A stretch of DNA of 64,000 nucleotides from Candidatus Poribacteria bacterium (GTDB lineage Bacteria; Poribacteria; WGA-4E; JAJDTR01). The position numbers and the translations under genes are program-made. Positions 21,049-30,851 of the stretch are shown piece by piece. The stretch covers positions 4,288,001-4,352,000 of the forward strand of contig CBDCTK010000002.1 in assembly GCA_965222225.1 (NCBI GenBank), written 5' to 3'. The first letter of the stretch is position 1. Each line of letters opens with the position of its first letter. The notes below the pieces were generated by a model. That model searched no databases. It saw only the letters and a list, made by a program, of their open reading frames with translations, and was not told where the DNA came from.

Positions 21049-21855
21049 TCACTCCTTAAATACTTCGCTACCGACCGATCCGCCGGCGTTCATCGCGAGG
21101 TTGCCACCGTCCATCGGGATAATTGCCCCCGTAATCCATGACGACGCATCTGATGCTAGCAGCACGGCGAGGCCACGGATGTCGTCAGGACTGCCGAATC
21201 GTCCCCTCGGAATGCCGCTAAGGAATCGTTCCTTGATACGTGGATCGGTGTCAATCCGCTTCTGCAATCCTGCATTCAAAACCTGTGCAGGCAAGATTGC
21301 GTTAACACGCACACCTCGTCCAGACCATTCGGTGCTCAGTTCCCTCGTCATTTGGACAACTGCTCCCATCGCCATACTGTAGGCAATGTGTCCCCTGCCC
21401 ATGCCCGTGATACTGGCAAGTGAACCGAGACTAACGATGCTACCACTCCCCGCTGCAAGCATCCGCCGTCCGGCTTCTTGGCAGCAACAAAACCGTCCGT
21501 AGACAAGATTACGCCAGGTCCACTCAACGTCTTCTAGGGAGATAACCTCCGGTTTGGCTCGTACCGCTTCGCCGGCGACGTTTCCCAGAAAGTCAACGCG
21601 ACCGAATTCGTTGTCCAGTTGCGCAAACATCGCTCGGATTTCGTCCGGACGGGATACATTACAGTTTACCGGAACCGCGCGGCGCCCCATGGCTTCTATT
21701 TCACCAGCGGTTTTCTCCGCGCCCTCCAAATTGATGTCGGCAAGCATCAAGTCCGCGCCGGCTTCCGCCAGTGCAAGCGACATGGCACGCCCCATCCCGC
21801 TAGCAGCTCCCGATACAACGGCAACTCGACCCGAAAGATCGAACATCTTTGTCAT
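21049..21855 (-). CDS. SDR family oxidoreductase
   Basis: SGAASGMG, NVAG, VRVNAILP, DGG. Catalytic YxxxK appears as YSMAM (Lys replaced). Confidence 0.9.
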   Translation of the reverse strand: MTKMFDLSGRVAVVSGAASGMGRAMSLALAEAGADLMLADINLEGAEKTAGEIEAMGRRAVPVNCNVSRPDEIRAMFAQLDNEFGRVDFLGNVAGEAVRAKPEVISLEDVEWTWRNLVYGRFCCCQEAGRRMLAAGSGSIVSLGSLASITGMGRGHIAYSMAMGAVVQMTRELSTEWSGRGVRVNAILPAQVLNAGLQKRIDTDPRIKERFLSGIPRGRFGSPDDIRGLAVLLASDASSWITGAIIPMDGGNLAMNAGGSVGSEVFKE

Positions 21856-21994
21856 AGCTTTATCTCCCTGTTCATGCGTTTCCTAAACTCGTTCTCGGAG
21901 CGGTCGGTGGTTTTCAATCCGTCATTTCGTGGTGCCCAAGTCAACGAACATCGTAGAATCCGTTATGCAGTCCGACCTGCTTTACGCAGATTGC

Positions 21995-22023
21995 AGTATA
22001 GCATACCCACCTGTCGGTGTCAA
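21995..22023 (-). promoter_or_regulatory. Sigma70 promoter for the SDR-E1-E2 operon
   Basis: Minus strand TTGACA, 17 bp spacer, TATACT, with extended -10 TGn. Confidence 0.7.
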
Positions 22024-22157
22024 CGGGTATGTCCATCAGCACCGGGAACTGAAGAGAAGATTCCACCAAAGATGGAAAATCGACGAGGTGATGATTGCCG
22101 ATTGTGTGCGATGAACGTATTGTAAACATTGGACTTAAGCCCTTGGAATAAGGTACT

Positions 22158-23159
22158 TCAATTTCGCGCAATTGGTATCGTCACCTTCCCGTTCCCTTGG
22201 CGCTGCGACTCCAAGAACCCAATCATTATTTCGACGACGTTGAGTGCCGCTCTCGCGGGTGATTTGGGTTCACCACCTTCATCGATTAAGCGCACCAGTT
22301 CCCGGACGCCCGCAGGGATTCCCTCCACTTCCCATTCGGGTGGCTGAATCGATTCAACGGCATCCTCACGGTAGATGGTGGCGCCGTGATTTCCGATTAA
22401 GATGTAGCCGGTAGCACCCACGATTTCAAGCCGAACTCCACTCCAAAAAGCTGTCTTGGGACCGCCGGCGTAATATCCACGGACGCCGTTAGCGAAGTGG
22501 ATGTAACCGTGGGCGGACGGCTCGGTTTTCGGATCGTGACCGCCATCCCCGCGATACTCTGAATAATCTTCATAGCCGTCCTCGAGTTCTGCAGAGACCC
22601 ATTCCGGATGGGAATCAGCAATGTAGCAGATCGCATCAATCATGTGCGTCCCGTTACGAAAGAGCATCGCGCGGGGGCCGTTAAGTGTGCCAATGATATA
22701 ATGCACGGCACCTATCTCGCCTGCGTCGACTACCTCCTCTTTCGTGTGGCGCCACAAGGGATTAAACCTGCGCGTGTGGTCAATGGACAGAATTGTCCCG
22801 TTACGTTCGGCGGCTTCAACCATCCGATCCGCATCAACTAGATTGGTAGCCATCGGTTTTTCGCAAAAGATTCCCTTTGCTCCCGCATTCGAAGCGTCCA
22901 CGACGAGATCCGCATGCCGGTGATCCGAGGTCGCCACGGTGACGATGTCGAGGTTTTCCCTTTCCAACATTTCACGATGGTTTGTGTACAAACCAAGATT
23001 GGGCCAAGTGTCCTTCCAGTCTTCTTGGAAGCCGTCCAGTGCAGGTTGCAATAGATCGCATGCGGCGACCAATTCGGCGTTGGGCAATCCCACCAAACCG
23101 GACGCATGCATTCTCCCAACCCCCCTACATCCGATAACTGCAGCGCGAAGTTTTTCCAT
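22158..23159 (-). CDS. Gfo/Idh/MocA family oxidoreductase
   Basis: VIGCRGVG, FCEKPM, GTHMID; RBS GGAGG. Confidence 0.9.
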   Translation of the reverse strand: MEKLRAAVIGCRGVGRMHASGLVGLPNAELVAACDLLQPALDGFQEDWKDTWPNLGLYTNHREMLERENLDIVTVATSDHRHADLVVDASNAGAKGIFCEKPMATNLVDADRMVEAAERNGTILSIDHTRRFNPLWRHTKEEVVDAGEIGAVHYIIGTLNGPRAMLFRNGTHMIDAICYIADSHPEWVSAELEDGYEDYSEYRGDGGHDPKTEPSAHGYIHFANGVRGYYAGGPKTAFWSGVRLEIVGATGYILIGNHGATIYREDAVESIQPPEWEVEGIPAGVRELVRLIDEGGEPKSPARAALNVVEIMIGFLESQRQGNGKVTIPIARN

Positions 23160-23309
23160 AATGTCCTCCAAAATAATGTCTATACCAGTTAAATACTCGA
23201 CCGAGGCTAATGAAAAACATATCCTTGTGAAACGCAAAATGAAAGGGACTTAAACCCTGAATCCTCTTACGTTTTCAATCTTCCACCCTTAACCATACTC
23301 GCTATTGTA

Positions 23310-23945
23310 TTACATATGTTTACCCACCCATAGCACGCCACGTCGAATAATCTCTTGGAAATTTGGATTCTCAAGAACTGCCATGTCATGCCCGAGTGCA
23401 AAGTAGAATACACGCCCATCCCCGTAGGTGTGATGAAATGCCATGACGAGCGTTTCATCGCAGGTTGGATCGTACGCTTGCATCACATGGTGCGACGTCG
23501 ACGACTCATGTTTCAGATAATACAGTTCGTCCGTCACCACGAAATCAGAAAGTCCGCGCGTAATTTCGTGCTCCGCATCAACGATGTTGACGGTAAAATC
23601 CATGTATTTGCTGTGACCGAGGAGGAACGAATTCAACATGCCATGGTATCCCTCGGAGGCATGGAAAGACGCCGCAGCCGTGTGAAGTCCGAAAAACCCT
23701 CCTCCCCGCTTTATATAGCTTAGCAAACCGTTTTCTTGGGCGTCCGTGAGGTCACCTACATCGGTATAAAAGAGGACGGAACGGTAGTCGTCAAGTCCGT
23801 CTGCCAGGAAATCATAGTCCCGAGAAAAATCCGCTGTGATATCGCCGGCTTTCGACACTGTTTCGGCAATGAAACTTCCCTGCCCCGCATGGTTGTGATA
23901 GATACCTTCCGTACCAACAAATACCAGAAGTCTTAGAGGCTCCAT
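23310..23945 (-). CDS. ThuA (trehalose utilisation-like, class I glutamine amidotransferase fold) domain protein
   Basis: GGGFFGLH, DELY, YGDGRVFYFALGH, RRGVLW. Confidence 0.85.
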   Translation of the reverse strand: MEPLRLLVFVGTEGIYHNHAGQGSFIAETVSKAGDITADFSRDYDFLADGLDDYRSVLFYTDVGDLTDAQENGLLSYIKRGGGFFGLHTAAASFHASEGYHGMLNSFLLGHSKYMDFTVNIVDAEHEITRGLSDFVVTDELYYLKHESSTSHHVMQAYDPTCDETLVMAFHHTYGDGRVFYFALGHDMAVLENPNFQEIIRRGVLWVGKHM

Positions 23946-24414
23946 ACGCTCCCCCATCAAATTTCTCGGATTCTCCCGCCGACAAGTACAACAATGAATG
24001 TACAATGAACCAGTAAGTTTAGTCTGTTGTAACGGCCCGATCTGTAACCCTAATCAAGGTATCACGAAAACCTGAATGAGTCAAGTATCATTAAACATCG
24101 ACAATTCCGCTTTAGGCTCGACATTCGCAGCTTTACATTTGTAGTGCGAAAGAGATGACTCAACGCCTCAATGCACAAGGGATACTTAACCCAAGTTGCT
24201 ACTTACAAGATTTTAGACATGCACCACCGTTTTTAATTGAGAATAGTTCATTAATTGCGGAGATTTCGTCGCGCAAACTGTCTGTTTGCGCATCACAAGC
24301 ACAATCTAACAGATTGTGCTACAAAGGTGCCAACTTAGGTTTCTTAAATAGACGTTCTAGCAAACATCGTCCGACAAATCAGATGCGATTGCCGTGAAAT
24401 ATCGGCTTAAAAAC

Positions 24415-24443
24415 TTGACACATTCTCGTAGTTCGTTTATGAT
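24415..24443 (+). promoter_or_regulatory. Sigma70 promoter
   Basis: TTGACA, 17 bp spacer, TATGAT. Confidence 0.6.
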
Positions 24444-24696
24444 GGTTGAACATAATAGATTAGACATCCGGCGAACCGATTGCAACTGATTACTACGGAT
24501 TGCTGTCCTATCATAGCAAACTACTTAATATCGGCATTGATGAATCGAAGACGTATTCTCTTTTGATTCTTTCTCAACTTGTGAGAGCACGCTATACTGC
24601 GCTACCACCGCTTCAAGCCTTTCGTGCTTCACATCGAAGTTGCTTGTCACGAGAAATCGAATTTTTAACTTTTTTATACGCTAGTGTGGTTGCAAC

Positions 24697-25491
24697 ATGA
24701 ACAAATCTCTCGTTTCTAAATTGGGACTATTCTTCATGCTCCTATCCTTCCTCGCCTCGACATTCGCCGAAATCTGTGACGCGAAACTGGACATGGAAGG
24801 AGTCGTTACAATGTGGCTGCTTGACGAAGGAGAACGAGATCAGGTTATTGACACGTCTGACAACGGGCATGATGGAAGATTTGTAGGAGGAAGAGTAAAA
24901 TGGGTTGATGGAAAGTATGGTCAAGCACTCGAGTTCAGTCAGGAAGGTTGGGTCGAGATGAATGCGTCGGTTGTTGTGGACACGGTCGATTGGTCAATGG
25001 GTTGTTGGGCGAAACCTTGGGACAGTCAAAAAAATTGGGCGAACATTCTCTCTAGCCATAATGCTCTCCGAGGAATTTCCTTCGAACAGTTAGATAATAA
25101 TGTCAATCGAATGGGAGTTGCTATGGGTGACGGCGAAACGTGGGGAGGCGCAGGTTTCGTACGACTCAAAACCAATCAGTGGAATCACATGGTTTTCACG
25201 CGAAAAGGGAAAACAGGAACATGGTATCTTAACGGGAAAATGGACAATGCAAAGCAGATGGATTCGGACAATCCGGTTGTTGCTTCCCCTTCACACTTTC
25301 GAATTGGCAATTGGGTGCTCGGTAGTCGCGGATGGAACGGAATTGTCGATGAAGCCTTTATCTTCGAGAGGGCGCTTAGCGAAGAAGAGATAAGAACCAT
25401 CATGAATCAGGGTCTAGAGCGTGCCCGATCCGTAAATCCAAATGACAAAGTTGCCACGTCGTGGGGAAGGATAAAAACTTCGTACGAATAA
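24697..25491 (+). CDS. Secreted LamG domain protein
   Basis: Signal peptide; WLLDEG, WVDGKYGQALEF, WNHM, GIVDEAFIF; tail VNPNDKVATSWGRIK. Confidence 0.85.
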   Translation: MNKSLVSKLGLFFMLLSFLASTFAEICDAKLDMEGVVTMWLLDEGERDQVIDTSDNGHDGRFVGGRVKWVDGKYGQALEFSQEGWVEMNASVVVDTVDWSMGCWAKPWDSQKNWANILSSHNALRGISFEQLDNNVNRMGVAMGDGETWGGAGFVRLKTNQWNHMVFTRKGKTGTWYLNGKMDNAKQMDSDNPVVASPSHFRIGNWVLGSRGWNGIVDEAFIFERALSEEEIRTIMNQGLERARSVNPNDKVATSWGRIKTSYE

Positions 25492-25658
25492 CTTGGACGC
25501 CTCCCCGACTAACTCATGGCTGCACTTCAATGAGAGTGTGACATCCCATTGGTCGTGGATCGCGTTAATCTCACCCTCGGATGCCGGATGACATCGGGTA
25601 GACCTCAGCCAAACCTGACTGAATTCATACCACATTTATAGGAAAGGAAATCCAAGCT

Positions 25659-26705
25659 ATGGCGCAGGGCGCCGGTCATCAGCCATATCGGGTTGCAATT
25701 GTCGGAACGGGCAGCATTGCAACACGGCACGGTAGAGCGTGCAACGAAGTCAATTCCGCCGAATTGTGGGCGATTTGCGACATATCGGAAGATTCGTTGT
25801 CATCATTCGGCGATGAGTTCGGTGTCGCTCGTCGATACACCAACCTGAAAGAGATGTTGGCGACCGAGGAAATCGACATAGCTATCGTTTCCACCTGGGG
25901 CCCGGCGCACGCCGAAACTACCATACAAATTGCGGAATCCAAGAGCGTTAAGGCAATTCTCTGCGAAAAACCCTTTGCGCTCACCGCTAGCGAGGCTGAG
26001 CGGATGGCAGCAGCGGCACACCGAAACGGTGTTTTGCTTGCCGAGGCGTTCAAATTTCGTCATCACCCCATGCACCTGCGCGCAAAAGAGTTGGTGGATA
26101 GCGGTGTCATCGGCGAAGTCCGATCTATCCGCAGTACACTTCTCACCCCTCCGAGGGTGCTTCGGCTGGAGGTAAACGATGGTAAGCTTCTCCCTGACAG
26201 GAATTGGCGATGGAACAGACAAAAAGGCGGGGGAAGCATTTATGATGTCGGGTGTTACTGCATTCACCATGCACGGTTTATCTTGGATGCCGAACCGGTT
26301 CGAGTCTTCGCCGTCGCAGAACGCGGAGTGGAAGTGGATGACGCAACCTATATTATTCTCGAATTTGCCGGCGACCACGCTGCTCAAATCTCGGTCGGCT
26401 ACACCTCTTGGGATTCTCAATACACTGAAATCTGTGGAACAAGTGGAATGATTCGTATGGACCGCGCGTGGAGCAACGAAGACAAACCCGTTACGCTCCA
26501 ACTTCAAACAAACCGGGGAACCGAAAACATTGACTTTGAGCCGACATTCCAGTTCACCGATCAACTCCAACACCTTTGCGATTGCCTAAGCTCGGGTATT
26601 CCTGTCCGTATTTCATTGAATAACAGTATCTGTCAAGTTAGGGTAATTGACGCCGTCTTTGAATCACTCGAAACAGGTAAGGCAATCGAAATGCATCCTG
26701 CATAA
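25659..26705 (+). CDS. Gfo/Idh/MocA family oxidoreductase (D-xylose dehydrogenase-like)
   Basis: IVGTGSIA, LCEKPF, GGGSIYDVGCY. Confidence 0.9.
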   Translation: MAQGAGHQPYRVAIVGTGSIATRHGRACNEVNSAELWAICDISEDSLSSFGDEFGVARRYTNLKEMLATEEIDIAIVSTWGPAHAETTIQIAESKSVKAILCEKPFALTASEAERMAAAAHRNGVLLAEAFKFRHHPMHLRAKELVDSGVIGEVRSIRSTLLTPPRVLRLEVNDGKLLPDRNWRWNRQKGGGSIYDVGCYCIHHARFILDAEPVRVFAVAERGVEVDDATYIILEFAGDHAAQISVGYTSWDSQYTEICGTSGMIRMDRAWSNEDKPVTLQLQTNRGTENIDFEPTFQFTDQLQHLCDCLSSGIPVRISLNNSICQVRVIDAVFESLETGKAIEMHPA

Positions 26706-26816
26706 GCCGTCCTTGTATTCGCCGTGCTTGTCCATATTCGCGGTATCGTCGTGCTCCTTGACCTGCAGAAGGAAAATCCCCTTCTGATTGCCATTATCAT
26801 TATCACTTGGTTTAGA

Positions 26817-27188
26817 ATGGAAGGCCCATTTCAACTAGACGAAAACGTGATTGACGCAGTCGTCACCCAAACAACACCCGCTGTTTACCTGATTCGCCGA
26901 ATTGAAGAAACTGAAGCATACGCCCACTACAAGGCACGAATTGAGCGCGCCGATGCTGGCGCCCTTAAGGATGAACTCAAACAATGGATTGGCTCCGACT
27001 ACCGCGTCTTCTGTTTCCAATATGTAAAGGGGATAGATACGGCATTCCAACGGCAATGCATTTTATGGCATGAAATGGGTGGAGCAGCAAATAAGCTTGA
27101 CAACGAACGGCATCCGGTACCAAACGAAGGATGCGCAATCCTATGTCCTATCTGTTCCACAACGACAGATAATCCTGCCTCTACTTAG
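26817..27188 (+). CDS. Small hypothetical protein; degenerate GIY-YIG-like fold with a C/H/CxxC tail
   Basis: PAVYLI...FCFQY...AFQRQC..WHE.GG...LDNERHP...CPIC. Start codon uncertain. Confidence 0.5.
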   Translation: MEGPFQLDENVIDAVVTQTTPAVYLIRRIEETEAYAHYKARIERADAGALKDELKQWIGSDYRVFCFQYVKGIDTAFQRQCILWHEMGGAANKLDNERHPVPNEGCAILCPICSTTTDNPAST

Positions 27189-27309
27189 TTTATACGCGGT
27201 CATAGGCATCGCGTAATATCTTTACCTGTTGACCCAAGCTGAAGAGCTTGGTCTTCCAGAGGGCATGTTATGTCTGCCCCCAAGCTAGAATTCCAAGGAG
27301 ATATCCTAA

Positions 27310-28146
27310 ATGAAACTGTCCCAAGAACAACAAAACTTCTTCGAGACGTTCGGATACCTGCTGATACCACAGCTATTTTCCCCGGAAGAAACGGAGAAGA
27401 TTATTGAAAACTTTGAATGGTCAATCCAAAATCGTGGCGGTGGAAAAGATCATGATGGTTCCCGTCGCACTATGTTTGGGGCCCCCATTGAGCGTCATGC
27501 TGAGATGTGCGCGATTCTCGACCACCCTTCGATACTTGGCCTCCTTGGAGGCGTAATGGGCGACGATTTCTATTATTGTGGGGGTGACGGCAACTACTAT
27601 ACCGGAAACACGAGCTGGCACCCTGATGGAGGCTGGGGGCGGCTCATTGCAACGAAAACCGCTTTCTATCTGGACCATCTCACTCGTGACACCGGAGCAC
27701 TTCGTCTCATTCCGGGTAGTCATCACCCCGACCATTTCGTTCGGAAAGAAAAATTGGATGTCAATAACTCGCTAGAACTTTTTGGCGTGCCGCCCTCGGA
27801 GCTTCCCGGCAGTATAGCCGTCGAAACGAATCCCGGCGACATTGCTATCTTCAATCACGATGTCTACCATGCCTCCTTTAGGGGCACCACAAGAAGACGT
27901 ATGTTCACGATGAACTGCACCATCTGTCCCAAGACGCCAGACGAAGAGGAAGGGGTACGCCAATATGTGCAGCGTCATTCCCCCGGCACTGGAAATAATG
28001 CCACGGGAGCGGGAATGTATTTTCCACTCATGATAGATACTGCTAGTGAAGATCGGATGACCCATCTCCGGGGACCAATAAAGATTCATGACCAGCTTTT
28101 CCCGCATTTGGCGAGAGATGTCGTGAATAGGGAAGCCGCTGTCTAG
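27310..28146 (+). CDS. PhyH family dioxygenase
   Basis: FFETFGYL, WHPD, GALRLIPGSH, FNHDVYHAS, RRRMFTMN. Confidence 0.9.
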   Translation: MKLSQEQQNFFETFGYLLIPQLFSPEETEKIIENFEWSIQNRGGGKDHDGSRRTMFGAPIERHAEMCAILDHPSILGLLGGVMGDDFYYCGGDGNYYTGNTSWHPDGGWGRLIATKTAFYLDHLTRDTGALRLIPGSHHPDHFVRKEKLDVNNSLELFGVPPSELPGSIAVETNPGDIAIFNHDVYHASFRGTTRRRMFTMNCTICPKTPDEEEGVRQYVQRHSPGTGNNATGAGMYFPLMIDTASEDRMTHLRGPIKIHDQLFPHLARDVVNREAAV

Positions 28147-28285
28147 ATTACCGCATTCGATTGTACATTGAAAAACCTCATTACAACGAAAAGATTGTTC
28201 GGCGCGACCGGTCAAGCGCCACTTTGCAACCACCCGTCCGACGACATTCCCCACTAGTTTCAATTTTACCTGTTGGAGTAACAAG

Positions 28286-29833
28286 ATGTCAATGTGGCTT
28301 ACGAATCAGCAAATTCAGCATTTGCGGCGCGGATACCAAAAGAATATCGAGTCCCCTGTGCCAACGCAGGTTATCTCCAGCGGAGAGTGCTTTCCCCCGC
28401 CGCAAACCCGTCAACAGGTTCAGGTAGAGTCGCTGATTCAGGAAAATGCTCACATATATGCTCGTCGTCAGGGTTTGGAGCGTCAATCCTACCTACGTTC
28501 TCGCAGCGGCATGGCTAGCGCATTTCTCGCCATGAATCAGGTATTCGGAGAGGTTTACGAAATCGACCCCGCCGAAGCCGAAGACCACGCTGCTGCGCGC
28601 GAACGACATGACAAAACCGCAGATCAGTTTATCTTTGATGTCCATACCCATCATGTACACGACGATTACAGTTGGGAGGGCATACTTTGGTTACGTGACG
28701 CCGCCCGTGGAAACAACCAAGCAAAGAAACCGTGGAACCCGGATCTTACCGACTTGGAACTCGATCTCAAATATTACAAGTTCGACTACTATCTCAAGGA
28801 CATGTTCTTCGATAGCGATACCACGGTTGCCCTGCTAAGCACGTCGCCGGCAGTCGATCCGTATAAAAGGCTTCTATCCGATGATCAGATGGTCGCCACA
28901 AGAAACCTCGTCAATCGCCTGTCCGGTACGCGGCGGATGTTTGCCCACGGGATTATCTGGCCAAGTATTCCCGAGTATTCGGAGGCGATGGAGCGCGCCG
29001 CCACGGAACTGAAGGTGGATTCGTGGAAAGGCTACACTGTTGGAGATATACTCGGCGAAATACCGAGTTTTGAAAAACCTTGGCTCATGGACGACGAAGA
29101 TCTGACCTATCCAACCTACGAAAAGGCACGTAAGTTAGGTGTCCGAACCATATGCGTACACAAGGGAGTCTTGCCAATCGACTACGAGACAATCCCAAAC
29201 TGGCATTACGCCTCGGTGGATGATGTTGGAAAAGCGGCTCAGGATTGGCCCGACTTAAATTTCCACATCTATCACGCCGGCTTGAAAATGTGGCGGGACG
29301 CTCGTAGCGTCAGTGAAGAGTTTGAAAGGACCGGACGGCTGGAGTGGATTGACGAGATGGCAGCAATACCCGAAAAATACGGCGTCTCGAACGTGTATGC
29401 CGACATCGGGCTTTCGTTCGGCGCCTTGGCTATTACGCATCCCAGGATTGCCGCCGCGATGCTGGCAAAACTAGTCAAAGGGCTCGGAGCCGATCGCGTC
29501 CTCTGGGGCACGGATTCAATCTGGGCGGGGTCGCCGCAATGGCAAATCGAGGCATTCCGACGTATTGAAATTCCACCCGATATACAGGAAAAATACGACT
29601 TTGAACCGCTAGGCCCCCCAGATGGTCCAGTAAAAACCGCTATCTTTGGCGTCAACGCCGCCTGTCAATACGGCATCGAATTAGACGTGAACCGCCGTCC
29701 GATAGCAGATTACCGGAACGACGAGCTGTCACGCCTGAAAGCCGAGTATCTGGCAGCCGGCAACCAGCGCGATAATCTGTACTGGGGTTGGATACAACAA
29801 CAGAAAGCCAATTCACCTGCCTGTCCTCCATAG
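28286..29833 (+). CDS. Amidohydrolase family protein (Amidohydro_2-like)
   Basis: FDVHTH, WKGY, CVHKG, IYHAG, NVYAD, VLWGTD. Confidence 0.85.
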   Translation: MSMWLTNQQIQHLRRGYQKNIESPVPTQVISSGECFPPPQTRQQVQVESLIQENAHIYARRQGLERQSYLRSRSGMASAFLAMNQVFGEVYEIDPAEAEDHAAARERHDKTADQFIFDVHTHHVHDDYSWEGILWLRDAARGNNQAKKPWNPDLTDLELDLKYYKFDYYLKDMFFDSDTTVALLSTSPAVDPYKRLLSDDQMVATRNLVNRLSGTRRMFAHGIIWPSIPEYSEAMERAATELKVDSWKGYTVGDILGEIPSFEKPWLMDDEDLTYPTYEKARKLGVRTICVHKGVLPIDYETIPNWHYASVDDVGKAAQDWPDLNFHIYHAGLKMWRDARSVSEEFERTGRLEWIDEMAAIPEKYGVSNVYADIGLSFGALAITHPRIAAAMLAKLVKGLGADRVLWGTDSIWAGSPQWQIEAFRRIEIPPDIQEKYDFEPLGPPDGPVKTAIFGVNAACQYGIELDVNRRPIADYRNDELSRLKAEYLAAGNQRDNLYWGWIQQQKANSPACPP

Positions 29834-29986
29834 AATTGCTAATGCCGGTTATCAATTGAGGTATCCAAATCGTGCGTCTTCTTGACGAGTAACCGTCATT
29901 GTATATATCGGTGCCTCTCAAGGTATTTGGCGTGCCTCAAGAAATAGTGCAAAAGTGGCCAGTGAAGGCAATCCCCGTTACGGATT

Positions 29987-30814
29987 CTACGCACGTTTCG
30001 GCGGGGCGGCAGACACCCCTTCCAAACCTCCGCTGACTCTGAGGACCTCACCGGTTATCCAGGACGCCTGAGGACTACATAGGAAGGTCACTACCCGTGC
30101 GATGTCGATCGGTTCGCCCCATCGTCCTAACGGAATTGCCGTACGGATGCGTTCAATCATCTCGTCCTCGGTGATGTTCAAGCTCTGGCAGCGTTGCGCC
30201 ATGGTTTGCCTATTGAACTCGGTGTATACGGGCCCTGGACTCACGGCATTTACGCGCACGCCGTAAGCCGCCAACTCTATCGCCAAGGTTCGGGTCAGGC
30301 TGATTACCCCCGCTTTCGCTACGTTATAAGCTGCAACCAGCGCCGCTGGATTCTGACCGTTGATTGATGCGAGGTTTACGATGCACCCCGACTCCTGCTG
30401 TTCCATAATTGCCCCTGCCGCGCGACAACAGTAGAACGTCCCGGTCAATGTCGCGCTCAAAACCCGATCCCACTCCTCATCGCTCAAGGCAACGACTGGG
30501 GCGATATTCTGTCCGACGCCGGCATTATTGACAAGAATATCCATCCGTCCATGTTCGTCTATCACATCATCAAAAAATGCAGTGGCTCCGGCACTATCGG
30601 TAATGTTCAAGTAAGCTGCCTGCACTTTTAAGCCATCTGTCTGCAGCCGCGCGGCTTCAGTCCTACCCTTGTCGTGTTGCAGGTCGGCGATGATTACCGT
30701 TGCGCCATCGCGGGCGAGTTGCTCGCAGATTCCCAAACCCAACCCCTGGGAAGCCCCGGTCACCACTGCGATCAAACCATCAAGGTTGCGCGGAGCAGCC
30801 ACACTATCGTTCAT
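29987..30814 (-). CDS. SDR family oxidoreductase (FabG-like)
   Basis: TGASQGLG, NNAG, YNVAK, VRVNAVSPG. Confidence 0.92.
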   Translation of the reverse strand: MNDSVAAPRNLDGLIAVVTGASQGLGLGICEQLARDGATVIIADLQHDKGRTEAARLQTDGLKVQAAYLNITDSAGATAFFDDVIDEHGRMDILVNNAGVGQNIAPVVALSDEEWDRVLSATLTGTFYCCRAAGAIMEQQESGCIVNLASINGQNPAALVAAYNVAKAGVISLTRTLAIELAAYGVRVNAVSPGPVYTEFNRQTMAQRCQSLNITEDEMIERIRTAIPLGRWGEPIDIARVVTFLCSPQASWITGEVLRVSGGLEGVSAAPPKRA

Positions 30815-30851
30815 GAATATACCTCCTCGGATTCAATTACCGTCTGAAGAT

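Noticed and set aside
25500-25635. Possible SMI1/KNR4-like fragment on the minus strand (HPASEGEINAI)
   Set aside because: Only a short motif resemblance, with no continuation.
28161-28258. Possible PhyH tail relic (KRLFGATGQAPLCNHPSDDIPH*)
   Set aside because: Similarity is too weak to support by eye.
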